Counted from the stretch's first letter, positions 12,303 through 25,620 are shown. The stretch: DNA of 64,000 nucleotides from Marsupella aquatica (GCA_973895155.1 OZ316895.1:3955659-4019658), one strand, 5' to 3'. Made by a program: numbers and translations. Notes: a model not told the origin generated them from the sequence alone.

Positions 12303-12662
12303 TTTTTTTTTTGTCTTGAACGGAAATGGGGAGGAATTATATTTAGACTCCCCCCACCCAAATGTGACAGTTTTTTCGTAGCGAACCAGACCAGGGTGAG
12401 CCCCAACGGATTCGACAGGGACCCGCACCAGGAAGAAGAGAAAATATTTATATCAAGGCCACAAAGTGGGCAACCAGAGGCCGAGCAAATAATCAGAACT
12501 CCAATCCACTACCCACAAAACCCATCTCACCCACACACATGTACAAAACCCATCTCACCCACACACATGTACTCTCCACACCCCAGTGTGTGGAGGGGGG
12601 ATTGAATCTGGGACCTCTCAGTTCCAAGCAAATCCCCTAGCCAATTGGCCTAAGCCAATTGG
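12303..12662 (-). mobile_element. tRNA-derived SINE-like element
   Basis: Minus strand begins CCAATTGGCTTAGGCCAATTGGCTAGGGG...GAGGTCCCAGATTCAATCCCC (A-box-like and B-box-like motifs at tRNA spacing). It has an internal 28-bp duplication AAAACCCATCTCACCCACACACATGTAC and a T-run at 12303-12312 that may be the A-tail. The 3' boundary is uncertain. Confidence 0.5.
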
Positions 12663-12699
12663 TTTTAAAAAGTCATTGTCTATACCAAGATGCTTACAG

Positions 12700-14650
12700 A
12701 ATGCCTGAAATAAAGATGACAGAATTTTTAAGAGATTTCACAAGGACCCCAATATTTTCGTTAGTAGTGGTCATATAAGTATTATTTATTGCAAACTGGG
12801 ATGGCACTAAGGTAAGTGAAAAGGAAGGACCCAGCCATTCATCTCTAGATGTTACAAGGCCTATGCAGATTAGAGAGTTGCAACCTATGCTCACCCTCTA
12901 AACCGCCAAACAAGCCAAATGGAGAAAATTTGTGGCATTCTTCACCATATAGCAGCATCAATGAATTAGTTTAGAGATCCACAGACAAATCCAATGTGCC
13001 AAACAGCAGTTTTAGCAAATGGCTGTTGCCAACCCAATTCACCAATCAGACCTCCATTTCCATCCATAGTAGAAGTAAAACAACCAAGACCATTGCACAC
13101 AATCAACACCAATTTGAAAGTACAAACACATGATTCTTGGAATGGTGCTTGGCTTGGGGGTTCTAATGGGGTTGTCAACTTTTGATGGCAGGATGACAAT
13201 AATACGAGCCTCTATCTCTATGATTTGGGGAGGCTTAAGTACCTACCCAGCGGCCATGCTCTTTAACTGATTAATTTTTACTCCCAAAATTTGCAGCCAT
13301 TGTCTTTCTGACCCGCAAGGAGGTGTCTCTTTGATGGGTGATGCTCCCACTGTTTTAACGGGCAACTTGATTTTTGTAATGTTTTTTTCTTGTGTGTAAA
13401 CCATGCATTCAACATAACAAGAAAATGGCAACCACTGCACAATCGCACAACTTTGAATTGGGCGGATCTAGCCTTTTTACAATTGAGGTAGTTTCTGTCA
13501 TTAAGTGTCTAATATGTATATCAACCCTCAGATTTCCCTACTATTCAGGCAAACCATTACATTTGGCAAGTAACCCGTTCAGCAGGTAACTTATTGGCAA
13601 ATTTATTGAGCAAATCAGTCAGTGATTCTTTGTTTTATTGTTGTTGCCAGCTCTACTATGAGGTAGGAGTTTGGGGAAATCTGCATAACATAAAATGGCT
13701 GGGATTCCCAGCTCCCTGAGCCACCCTGCCCAAGTCAAGCTACATTGACAGAGAAGCAAACACAAATATTTTACCTTCTAGCAGAATTTGGTTTTCTTGT
13801 TGCCTTTTCCCTTCCTTTTCTTGGGTTGGTTTGCATTTGGGACTATGTCTCCTGGTTTGGCATTCATGTTTTCTGGCACTTTGATAGATATATTTGGCTC
13901 CACTGCTTTCAATGTTGATTCCACATTGATATTCAGCATTAACCAAATCTAGAGCCACAAGCTCCAATAAGATCTCCATCGAAACAGATGACCTCAAACC
14001 GTTTCCAAAATACTCTTTCATTGTATGAAAGTGGAATTCATATAGTCCAACTCAATGTCATTCTAATTAAAATACATTGTTCCATCCATCCTATACAAGT
14101 TTAGCAGTCACATTTGATCAAAAGACTTGGGATGAAGATCCCATCCGACCTTGTAGCTCAGTCAAATCTACCATCAAAATGGGATTTTGCTGGTGCATTC
14201 TTCTCAATCAAGTAAATAGATGATAGTGCACTGGTGGATGGGAATGCTCTTAATCTTTTTGGAGGTCATGGTGGCTTTACAAGAGGTAGGGGCACTTGTG
14301 ACTTATTTTTACCCACATCAAACTGGGCGCCACTTCTTGGATGGACACAAGACCAAAATTCTTTTTAAATCAAATTCAACAAATAAAAGTGAAGGAGCCA
14401 AAGTTTGGAACACCTCTCGAGGTGATATAAAATTCTAGCCAAAATAAATGCTCCACGTCAGCATTCTTGGGCCCACTGCTTGCTAAGTAGGAATCATATC
14501 CAAATGGGCCCCACTTTAAAGCCAATTGGAACCCTTTCCCCATCTTATAGAGTCCAGATTTATTCTCCAGAGGGAATAAAGGGAAGAAATGGGCTCCCAT
14601 GTCGTGCAAAGCTCCCCCCAAGTCATTTTGCAAGTAAATTCATTCATATT
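12700..14650 (-). mobile_element. Heavily degraded L1-type LINE reverse-transcriptase region
   Basis: Minus-strand motif remnants in L1 order: KKWRPV (~14330, cf. WRPISL), ILMVDL...YKVGWD (~14180-14140, cf. LDFEKAYDRV.W) and RYLSLP (~13240, cf. KYLGLP). Many stops and frameshifts. Confidence 0.55.
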
Positions 14651-16999
14651 TGGGCTTACACATATGATGCTGACAATTCATGGTTCACTAAAATCGTTCC
14701 TCTTGTTGGTTTGTCGAATCCCCCGTCATTCTTGCGTTTGGACTTTTTTTAGAGGGGGGTACTTTTGACGGCTCACCATAACTGAACAAGGGCCAAAATT
14801 GCAGTCAAAGATGACGGTAAGGAAAATGAAAAGCAATAAACTGGCTTTATGGACTAGGAAATCAACGGTAGAGTCGTATGACTGACAGCCTTTTCTTTCT
14901 AATATTTAGTGACTGACAGCCTTTGTGGCAATGGCAGAGTGATGTGTTTGGCATGCATTATAATAATAAATGAACACTACATTTGAAACCCATTTTTTAC
15001 ACTTTTAAGGAGGCAGAATGAAATTCATGATTACAGATGCAGTGAATTGACAACTATTCCTTCGACAAGACACTGTACCATATGGTAAATTATTAATCTG
15101 TACCATTAAAGTGTGGTTTCTTGGGGAGTTGGGGCCTTGGGGGAGTATGGGGCTTTGTAAAGGTGGGGCTCCCTTAGATTTTGCATGGGTGGGGTCATCT
15201 TTATTTTTGCGCTCCAAAGGAATTGTGACTTTAGTGATTGAGTGAAGTCAGATGCAGTTATGCAAGCACTTTGGTTTGTCCTTGCGATAGTTGGTGGAAC
15301 TTTTGAGTTTTTAACTTATTCTTTCTTTGGATATACTCATTGAAGGGAAAGCCAGCTAGACACAATAGTTTGACGAGGTGCTAGTTGGACTAACGGATCT
15401 TCAGATCGACAAAATGCCAACATCAATTTCGATAATATTTTCTTCCTGTTTTTTATTTTTATTTTTTTAAACAGGAAACCCCTCCTAGAGTTGACGTTCA
15501 TTATTTCCATTATGTCCTATGTGATCTACATGTGGTTAGATGCTATGGTGTTACCTTGTTTGGGAGCCTGCTTAGATTACTTTGTACTATTGGGGTTATG
15601 ATATGTATTTTGGTTTCAAAATGGAATCTGCTTTGTTTGTTTGATTGATAGAAATTGCTTGAAAGATCTTTACTATGAGCCTAATATTGTCAGATTTCAT
15701 CCTGAGCTGAGAAACCTACAAATTTCTAAAGATGAAGATGAGTGCCTACTTTCCTTGCCAGACATACCACTCCTTGGTAAAATATGTAATATATGAGCAG
15801 AAAAGAAAGTTTTGAGGGAGTCCATCATTCCCGGTTGCAACAGGAGGTCCGAGCATTTTGGCAAATGTGGAGGTCCACGTAGGCTACAAATCCCGCCTTT
15901 GAGTTGCAGCCTTGCAATTGACTAAGATTAGCCTTTCAGTTGTCTGAAATTTTAGTTGCGGTTGGGGCCAGTTCATTTTTATTTTGTTTGTCTCAATGTT
16001 CCCTAATTATTAGTTCTATGATTGACAAGCTATTTCTTTAGAAGGCATCATGCTTCGATCACACACATCTTTAGTTTTCGGGACACATTATCTTCTTGAC
16101 TTTGCTTCAATCAATCACTTTTCTGGGGACCCAAAATTGGAGGAACTTTTTCCCTTTTTACATTTGCTTGAGGACTGAGGATACTTAGGAGTTGAGGATG
16201 AATATGCATGAGTGTTGCTGACCCATTGCAATACCCCTAACCTAAGGCCGATAAGGTACCTTAAGGGAGGTGGTCATGGTTAGTTGCTGGCAACACACAA
16301 ACAGTTGCACCGAGAAAGCCATCAGAAACAATCATTGTGAGAATTGTGAAAAGAACACGGGTAGCTTACATGAAAGTAAAACCTAATGAAAGCCATGGTA
16401 CGGTAATAATTTTAACCGGAATCTGACATTAACCATATTGTCTTCACTTAAGTTATATTGCAGTTGGGAGGCGGTGGACATTATTTTGTGGTTCTCCCAA
16501 CCGTATATTGACCATCCAAGGAATATATGGACCTCATTTCCAACCGTGCAATTTGTGGTTTATGCACAATGACCATAAATTTCACAGTAGTTGTTGTTGG
16601 TCACAATATCAAAGGAAAACTCATTATAGGAATTGCTACAAGAATTTCTATCACAAAAGTGTCATAGGGGTACTACTGTAGTTGGTAACAATATTTTTGT
16701 AGGGTCCTCTTAGGTAAAAAAACGTTATGCTATGATCAAGCATATACCTTGAGTAAATAGTGTATAGATAATTGTTACAAACATCAAGGCCACTATACCT
16801 AGTGGAGGGTCTTCAGATTCTAGGAGAAATTTTCTGACATGTAAGTATAGTTGAAATAGCTCAAAATCCTAGGAAACTCTATTTTATGACTAGGTTAAAG
16901 AATATTTGGAAGGGCTCAAAATCATAAGAATTTGTTTTAAGCTTTAAAAACATATATTTATTTATTTAGTAGTTTAACATACTGGTATATGCATATATG

Positions 17000-17640
17000 C
17001 TTTGCTTGTAGTATACAATTTGACTGCCAAGAGTACAAAGCGCCAACAAGGAGACTGGATACCAAAGGCCAGAGGGGCAATAAAGAGGAGAAGACAAGAC
17101 TGAACAATTCTTTAGGAAGACCAAGAGCCAAGTCTAAGCTAAACTTAAAGGCCTACCCTGTAGAGGTGAGACCTCTAGACCATAATTTTAGGGCCATAAA
17201 TGAAACTGGGGTGCAAAATTGAATGGAACATAAGATTTGGGGTAGGCGAGCCTCCGAAAATGGCATAGTGGGTTTGAATGTCCTCATCTATATTGGCTTT
17301 CAACGAAGGGGCACTCAGGCTAGTACTCGTGAGCCTATTTTCCAGGGTATCCTGTCTAGAGTGAAGCATGACAATATGACATATATAGTGTAAGATATCC
17401 CTCCATACCATGATAATCTTGCTATTTTCTTTAAATCAGAGAGTGCACACCGTACATTGTCACATTTTGATGTGCGATTGTCGAGAGGGGTGAAACATGT
17501 GGACCACAAATTGGGGGTGTGGGTGCAAAGTGGAGATTGCAACCAGAGTGAGTCTTTGAAAGTAACACTGTAGCATGTGAGCAGTCAATGGCAACCAATT
17601 GAATGCCAATTGATGAACTGGCAACAAGGTTTGAGAATAG
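17000..17640 (-). mobile_element. Degenerate non-LTR (RTE-like) retroelement fragment
   Basis: Minus-strand LMFHSILHPSFIYGPKIM resembles the RTE post-RT motif (LFxSLVxPxxLYGxExW); DNA homology to 9500-9990. Confidence 0.4.
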
Positions 17641-17689
17641 TAACCTCTATTAATATTCAAACAATGGACACTCAGGAGGTTTTAGGAGC

Positions 17690-17845
17690 GAGATTTCCTT
17701 GATGGACTCCCAAACTGAAAGTTTAATTGATGGGCCCTTGAGATTTTAAGTAAGTTTATGTAAGGTCTATCAATGGACTATTGTAGTTCACTTAAGGGTA
17801 CCATCAAACAAAATTTTCATTTTGGGGGCCTATCACACATATACC
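17690..17845. mobile_element. Short fold-back MITE, same family as 10769-11151
   Basis: Left arm TGATGGACTCCCAAACTGAAAGTTTAATTGATGGGCCCTTGAG versus right-arm reverse complement TGATAGGCCCCCAAATGAAAATTTTGTTTGATGGTACCCTTAAG; a further partial copy starts near 18361. Confidence 0.6.
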
Positions 17846-18168
17846 TGTAGGATCGAAATGGACAGCATGACGTCTCATAATCATTATTCATATAATACTT
17901 GAGTACACTGACACAAAGATACGTGGTTCACCCTGTCAGGGCTACGTCCACGGCCACACCAAGAGTTTCACTATGAACACGAAAAATACATATCACCATA
18001 GCTCCATGGTCCGAGTTCTCTCACTCTCCCACAAATTTCTCCACTGAATGTTATCTCTCTATGGGATACCAAGAGAGTTATCCCTTCATGAAAAGTCTAG
18101 TCAACTAATATTAATTCCAGTTAATTTACTCTAATTAACTTAGCCAAGGTTGAATCGAAACCCTAACA
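17846..18168 (-). mobile_element. Probable solo LTR of a Ty1/copia retrotransposon
   Basis: TG...CA ends with a short terminal inverted repeat (TGTAGGA / TGTTAGGG). The minus strand carries GTGGACGTAGCC...GAACCACGT, a motif typical of plant copia LTRs. No matching TSD or PBS seen. Confidence 0.55.
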
Positions 18169-20977
18169 CTTGATTTTAGGTTTTGTCGAGTATGCTAACC
18201 TAAGTCCCTGACCAGGCATTCCTCCTGATCAATGGAAATGCCTCAAGTATTTCTCTGTCATTGACTGGAAATTCAAGTTCTCTATTTTGCACATTAATGA
18301 ATATGTATGCTTGACTCTACTTGTCTACTTGGACTAAGTTCTTTGCTGTATAATCATCTAGAGGTATTTTTTTGATAACCGCCAAAATGAAATTTGTTAT
18401 TTGTTGGATTCCCTGAGGTCTATCAACGGTCCAGATCTCAGATCGAAAGGTCCATCAACAATCCAGATTGGGGAAAAAGTATTGGAGAGGTTGATTAAAT
18501 AAACTTTTTCCATAAAGGGGTTTACTAAGAATGTCTCTCTAAATATCTGCGGTGCAAATATCGTACGGTCACCATTCGATATCAATGGAAGTATCAATGC
18601 GAAACGTAGATCTTATGGACAGGTATAACTGTAAAATTTAAAATACAATAGACAGTATACAAGTAAGGTACTACATTTATTGTCCAGATTGAGGAACTCG
18701 AAGTATAACGGTACTCTTGTTATGTTAGGTGGAAAATTCGGTGGAGCTGAATTGTTCACACGGATTCCAACTCTGGGAGAGACGGAGAGTGGGAGCCAGG
18801 AATCCTGGGTTGCAATAATGACCTATGTGAATTCAAATGGCTCCAAAAGTTAATCAAGCGTGTCCCAATGGAAGAGTCAACATCTTGAGTGCTGTGAGGG
18901 CACAAAATTAATGAAGAAGAGGCGTGAACAGTCAAACATTGCAACACAAAGTAAACAGTTTTCTTCCAAAGGGGATTGCCGTATGGAAGATCAGGTAAAT
19001 TCAAGGGTAGCACAATGATCTAAATAATTTTTTTAACTACTGATAAAACAGTGTTTTACATAGAATTTCAGAGGATAGACTAAATCACGCACAGAATATA
19101 AATTAGTGCCATATGGGTTTTGCGCAAAAGTTAATAATTGTTACAATTTTGAGGTACCTGTGAAACTAGAAATTGGCTATGCAAATTTAAGAATAGTCTG
19201 GGTATCTTGCTTGCATAGTCTTTTGAGTGTTTCCATTGTTTTTAAAATGAAAACAGGACAATGGTATTCTGGAACTTAAAGCGGGATGGACTTGCATGTC
19301 ATCTTGAAACCCCAATGGATAAAACAAACTTGGATGGACAGAGTTGACACATGAAGATATACTTGGATATTGTTGTTTACATTTTGTTCAAAAGGTAGAT
19401 TGTTAGTGACTAGAACATCAATTTTGTCCTAATAGTTTTCTTGTCACTAGCTTTGTCACCACTTCTATCCGTCCCAAACATACTTTGTTGGTGGCCAGAG
19501 CTTTGTTCCACTCTCCCCATACATCTTCCTAAATGATAAGGTCACATAAGTTTTGTTACTACTTTACTTTGGTTGTGTAAAGTATAGATCACAGTGCCCA
19601 AGGGCAAAAAATGCCGAACCGTGAGACATGATCCCAAAGGCAAAGCAACCCAATGAAGGGGAGGAAAAGAGGAGAAAGGGCCCCAAGAAAAACAAGCCAA
19701 GGGGTCCCAACAAAAAGCCGACGAAGGAACAAAGGCTAAAAAGTAACCTACAAAGGAGCCGTGGAGGCTAAGACCCTACTGAGTGGAGAACTGAAAAGCC
19801 TGGTAGAGCTCCAGAGTCAACTGCATAGGAGGATCACAAAGCAGAACCTATCGGGAGACTCTAAAACCAACTGCCTCAGCCCTAGTACAAAGGAGGGTGA
19901 AAGCCTGGGCCAGTTGAAGAGACATAGACACCCGCCGCCAAAAAAAGATGGTGACGACAAAAAAGGGAAGGGGGGGGGGGGGGGAAGGCCTCCTCTCAAT
20001 ACAAGCCAACTACGCCAAGGCAAGGCCAGATGCGAAAAACCAGACAGTAAATGATTGAATCTGCACAGGCCAAAAAAGGACGGACACATGTCAGCATGGG
20101 ATTGGGGCCGGCCACATGAGCGGCCACCAAACCCAAAGAAGGCCAGGGGGCGCGAGGTCACCCCCGGCAAGTGACTTCCCACAGGCGACTTGAGGTTCAT
20201 CCCCTCCGTCCATCTGAGCATCCATTTCCCAGATAATTACTCTAACCATTTTTTTAGAGTTCAATAAAAAAGATAAAATTTAAGGTACAATTAGGTTCTT
20301 AAATACTTTATCTGGCCTCTATGGTCAGTGAAACTTCCTGAGTAGATTGAGTGTTACTTTGGCACATTTTACTCATAGCACCTCAAATAGTTTGCTCAAT
20401 GGTAAAAAACAAACATACTTCAATTCTTTGGAAATACATTTATATTATAATAATCAGGATAGCTGGAGACGACATAGCAATCCGGGCTTTAGTATTGCTA
20501 AAAGGTATTGATTTATTTACTAAAATGAAAAACTTTAATGAATTTCACACAGATGGCACAACTGCATTGCTTATAATCAGAAACTTTTTTGCAAACAAGT
20601 TATAATATTCTGTGTATGAAGTGGTCATTGAGCTGGGCTTGTTTGTCAAGGGTAATGTGGGAGGTAGCTAGAACACTAATTTTGTCAGGGGGCATACCAT
20701 GCAGTTCAGTCTAACAACTCAAGCTTTGCAAGTTTTTCTTGTATTATAGATATGACAGTCTTAATCTGTTTAATTGAATTACAATTTGTGCATAATTGGA
20801 ATTAGCATTATGATAGTGAGGAATGACTATGAATGGTCAAGGGTAGTTACCTTAAACCCTAAACCGGTTATGGCAGAGAGAAATTCCGACAAGGCAGTGC
20901 AGCTCATTAAAAGGTGTTGAAATCGGGGTTGAAATATAATGAAGTGGCAACAAAGTCGAAGCGGGAGTGAAAGAAAC

Positions 20978-21345
20978 TCAAAAGATTACCCCCATTCATT
21001 CTTGAGGTGCAATGACCACAAACTTCATGCCGAAGCCTCAACAAAGTCTAGGAAAATCCAAAAGACTACCAACATTCATTGTTTGGATGGGACAACCACA
21101 ATCTGAATCCTTAGTCGCAACGAAGGTTAGGAAAGTTCTTAAGACTACCAACATTCACTGTTTGGATGGATGGATTGACCATAACGGCTATGCTGAAGTG
21201 TCAACAAATTGTAGGAAAATCCAAAAAGACTACCAACTTTCATTGTTTGGATGGGCATAATTTCCATCCTGAAGTGTCAGCAAAGTCCAGGAAATTTGTA
21301 AAGGCTACCAGCATTCATTGTCAAGATGGGATGGCCATAAACTCC
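20978..21345. repeat. Degenerate tandem array, ~80-bp unit, 5 copies
   Basis: Core AGGAAAATCCAAAAGACTACCAACATTCATTGTTTGGATGG recurs at ~80-bp spacing; the intervening parts are also mutually similar. Confidence 0.85.
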
Positions 21346-22794
21346 ATCCAACCCAAAAGCAATGTTAGATGAATATATTCATGTTGGTGGGCCACAATGC
21401 CCCCTACAAAGGAGGATTCAGCTTGATTTTTGAGGGGTTGTTATTGCTTGTAATGCTCTGATGACAGGACCTATGCTATTTTTTCTTTTTAACATTGTTA
21501 GTGTCTGAAAGGAGTGGACAAGTTTCATACTCATCCAAATCTTGACTGTGCATTTTTCTCCATGAATGCACGGAAAGCTACTAAGAGAAAAATCTAAAAC
21601 ACTAAGGACTCCACTAGCTTCTTCTATTACTAATATCCCCACCACTCTTGGATACCTTCCCAATCTAATTCATATATTTAAGGGTATAATATAACTAGCC
21701 TGAATGTACGTTCTTTGAACATAAATAGAATTAAGGTTATTCAAGGCCCAGAGTAATGTTTCAAGACTCAATTCAAGACTCACCCTCACCCTGCCTATTC
21801 ATTATTTTTCAACTTGCACCCCAACTTCGAGGTCATTCAAGGCCTAGAGCCTTGTTTTAATACTCACCCCCGTTCCTACTCGTTTTCCACCAGCACCCCA
21901 CCTTCACTTACCTCCTCAAACACCTGAAGAGTTACTTTTGATGGCGAATGGGTACTGTAGTTAAGTTATCCATGGAAGTATGGGCAAACCCAAGTATTGG
22001 CAAACCCATTCTAAGATTGTGAAACTGCCATTAGCTTTCCCATCACATTTTCTTCTGGGCCTTCAGCCAGAGGTACAATCCATTAAAGCATGGCTTCCCG
22101 TCGTGGGATTGAACTCACACACAATGAGCATGAATGCCGCAGCGTGTACCTTATTTACCGTATGGTATAATGATGTGGGAAAGTTGTCTTCAACGATCCG
22201 ATCAACTTCGAATACATATAGTCAATCAATCACACGAGCAAAATAATCACCCAAGGAAAAAAGCGTGCAATAATTGTGCTTGACTCGAAAGATCCTCACG
22301 AACTCGACTCGACAACCGTACCAAATCATAGCCTATTGGCGTCCCAAGTCCCCACTGCAGATGCTTTCCACCGGCACCTCCTCTATACCAACCGACGCTC
22401 AATACCAGTCAACTTTCATTGCTTCCTAGTCAACGGTCATCCCATCGCTAGACTACCAGCCCTTCAGGCAGCCCGAATATTTCGAGTCCAGTACTCTCAG
22501 AATCAATCCAAACTATTTCCCCTGAAAGATTCCATTGAGCAGCATTCATTGGGGCGTCCAGAAATTGGAAGGCCCGATTCCTTCCGAATTTTTGGAGAAT
22601 AGTGTTCCATAACGTTTGCACATGATTCTGGAAACTCAGAGTTCTTGTTTTCTCACTTTTCTCATGTTTGAGGAGACAGTCTTAACGAAGGTCGACTGAG
22701 CAATCAACCACGGCTGGCTTTTACATGGATCTTGACGGCGTGTCGGCCTGGCCGAGAGTTCTTGATCCACTGTCATCCAAAGCATGCACACTTG

Positions 22795-23935
22795 ATCCAC
22801 CACATATCCAACAATTGGCCTGTTTGGCGATGTGGAAACAAACTGCTTACGTGCCTGATAACAGGCTGGAGCTCAAGGGTCACTGCTTGGATATATGTGC
22901 AATTACTCATGATCAGAACTTGGCATCGCGTGCAACACGCAATTCAGCTGGCATCAACGGAACAAGATCACTTACATGCTCGCCCAAAGTTCAGGGGACA
23001 ATCGAGTGAAGTGCTTTGAACCGACTTGTTATGTAATTGAAGGACAGTAATACTGAAATCCCAAATTGAGACTTGTGCTGTCGACAGCCACATTATCACA
23101 CAATACATATTCCTTGACCTCTATAATGTCCTGGTGCAGTTGAACTGGCATCAACGGAATCAACAGGATTACTTTAAGGTGCACGTCAAAGTTCAGGGGA
23201 CAATCGATTGAAGTGCTATGAACATCGTGTCATGTAATTGGAGGACAAATAATATAGAAACATAAATTTAGACTTATTCTGTCGACAGCCACACCAAAAC
23301 ACTAAAATCTCACCATGACAGATTACTTCTTCCTTGACCTCTATGTCCGTAGATTTTGTCGAACGATTGTCCAATATGATTTTCTGGACATGAGAAGAAT
23401 GTTCATTGCTTCTGTTGTTCGAATATTAGACTTATATTGTGCCTGACAGTTCGCATGATTATGTGCTGTTAAAGTCTTGGATGGTTTCTGTAATTTATCT
23501 TCACACTCACGTATCCAACAATTTGCCTGTTTGCGAGGAAACACATTTACGGTGGTTCCTAATAAGAGGCAGGAGCTCAAGGGTCGCTGCTTGGTGTTCA
23601 GTTGTGCATGCTTATTTAGAAGTTGGCATCTAGGGAACAAGATCAGCTACATGCACGCCAAAGTTCAGGGACAATCGATTGAAGTCTCGATTGAAGTGCT
23701 TTAAGCAGACGTGTCGCGTAATTGAACGCCAGGAACACAGAACTCCCAAAATTGAGGCTCTTGTAATGACGAGATTTTAGTGTGTCTGTCGACTGTTGAC
23801 TACGTTACAGGAAATGAGAAGAATACTACAGTGCTTTATGTTCATTGGTTCTGAATGGCTTCCGTTGTTGGAGATAGTGTGCCTGATCGTATAATTATGC
23901 ACTGTTAAGGCTTGGAATCTTTTTGTGTGCTGTAA
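22795..23935. repeat. Complex local duplication (2-3 diverged copies of several blocks)
   Basis: CAAAGTTCAGGG(G)ACAATCGA.TGAAGT occurs at ~22985, ~23188 and ~23659; TATCCAACAATT.GCCTGTTTG...GGAGCTCAAGGGTC.CTGCTTGG at ~22805 and ~23512; ATGAGAAGAAT...TGTGCCTGA...ATTATG..CTGTTAA at ~23390 and ~23814. Confidence 0.8.
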
Positions 23936-25128
23936 ATTTTCCTCACATAAATGTTAGATCCAGAAAGGCATTTTCGTTGTCTCCTCAGAATAGCATTGGG
24001 ACTGAGGTGTCAATTTTCTTGTCTGAAAGCAAGCCTGTGAGATGCGTGGAAAGGGTACGTATCCTCATTCCGTGTCAAACATAGAGATTGAAATTCACGG
24101 GTAGAGCGTTTCTCAGAGCAAAGTCCCTTTTCCACGTGGAGTAGAACATCTCAAAGTCAAACGCTTCATCCCAACGCATGGCTGACCATTCGAGTATGAG
24201 CGACATGTAGAAAGCATCTTCCATACTCACCATTACCAGCCTCATCACACGCTGGCAGTAGACGTGGACCAGACGTCGACCATTAGCAAGTCATCACACT
24301 ACTGTACTGTAGCTCTTTTTGTAACTCTTTCTAGGTTTTTGGGGTTTGCATATGCCCTCTCTCGTGAGTTTATCCTCTCTGACCCCATTTCTTTTGAGTT
24401 TGTCCTCTCTCGACCCTTTGGCTTTTCCTCTATTGTACTTTGTTGTTCATTTTTTACTACGTTGGTCCTTTTCCTTTCTTATGGGTGTGTCAACTTTGAA
24501 ACCCAACTGCCAACATTAGAGATTTCCAAAAGATTTCTAGGATCAATCATGCCCTTTGCAGGCATTTCTAGGATGAATCAGGCCCTTTGCAGGCATTGAC
24601 TTTAGTGTTTACTAGGCCGATTACCTGTCACTTGAACATAAACAAAGATGAGGAGGGAAAGAAAAAAACAGGGCATGAAAAAAGATTCCATGCTTTCTTT
24701 TCATCTTTGCCCCCAACCCATTTTTGTCTGCATTCTGACTATCAATTTTGCCCTCACATAGATTCAGAGTCTAGAGGCTTCACTCTAGACAGTATGCCCA
24801 GCCAAGAGTAGCTTTTGATTGGGCTTTATTAGTTAGATAGTTTGGTGAGGTCTAGAGTAAGGAGAAGTTACTCTAGAGCAATCCATACTGTCTCAAACTC
24901 TCAATTGCTGTAGACTCTCTGATTCTAAGCAAACTTTATGAGAGGATGGTTCACTGTTATGGATCTCACCCACTCACACTCAGATAATGTTCCTGTAGAG
25001 CTTTGCATTTAAGACGTTGGTGAGATGAGGGCAACACACTTTAGATCATTGTTCAAAACCATCAAGTTACAGGCACGGTCGGATCGAGCAGATGGATGGA
25101 CACTTGGAGTAGAAAAAAAGCAAGTATG

Positions 25129-25620
25129 CTAGCTTGCCTGTGCATTAAGTATTAATTGTCAATGTTTAGTGATGTTGAGTGAAATTGTTGTCAAGCATAA
25201 GTGAAGTGATGTTGATTGAAAGTGTTGTCAGTAGTAAGTGATGATGGCAGGAAGTGTTGTCAAGCATAAGTGAAACTACTAAGGAGGTGGATGCAATGGG
25301 TAGTCAACTTGGCAACTGGATTACAAGCAAAATTCTGTATTACAAGAAGTGTGCAAACTTGGGAGTGAGTGACAGTTGGAAATGGAAAAGGTGCACACTG
25401 GTGAAAAAATGCAAGTATCGAGTTCCTCTAATAGTGACACATACTATCGAAACAAAGAGCATTGCATATTAATATAGTGTTTAGATATGGAAACAAATAG
25501 CACTGCATATTACAGTGGTTAGATAGACCATGTCATAGCGACATTTGCGACATTTGCGAAACATATTATAGTGTTTGGGTGCATGTATATTGCCTATTAT
25601 AGTGTTTGGATTAGATAGAT
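25129..25620 (-). mobile_element. Non-autonomous Helitron remnant with several stacked 5' termini
   Basis: Minus-strand A|TCTAAACACTATA-type ends near 25485, 25523, 25578 and 25610; 3' end ...TGCACAGGCAAGCTAG at 25129; internal GTGTTGTCAAGCATAAGTG repeats are shared with 26935-27000. Confidence 0.45.

Noticed and set aside
12595-12662. Functional tRNA gene
   Set aside because: A/B-box-like motifs are present but there is no complete cloverleaf; better explained as a SINE head (likewise 42090-42200).
20851-20868. Telomerase RNA template-like TAAACCCTAAACC
   Set aside because: No correctly oriented USE/TATA Pol III promoter or other TR elements; more likely an isolated telo-box.
20978-21345. 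CRISPR-like repeat/spacer appearance
   Set aside because: The spacers are homologous to one another, the repeats are degenerate, there are no cas genes, and the context is eukaryotic.
22826-22838. USE-like TTTCCACATCG (minus strand) suggesting an snRNA gene
   Set aside because: No TATA box at the expected spacing and no recognisable snRNA sequence downstream.
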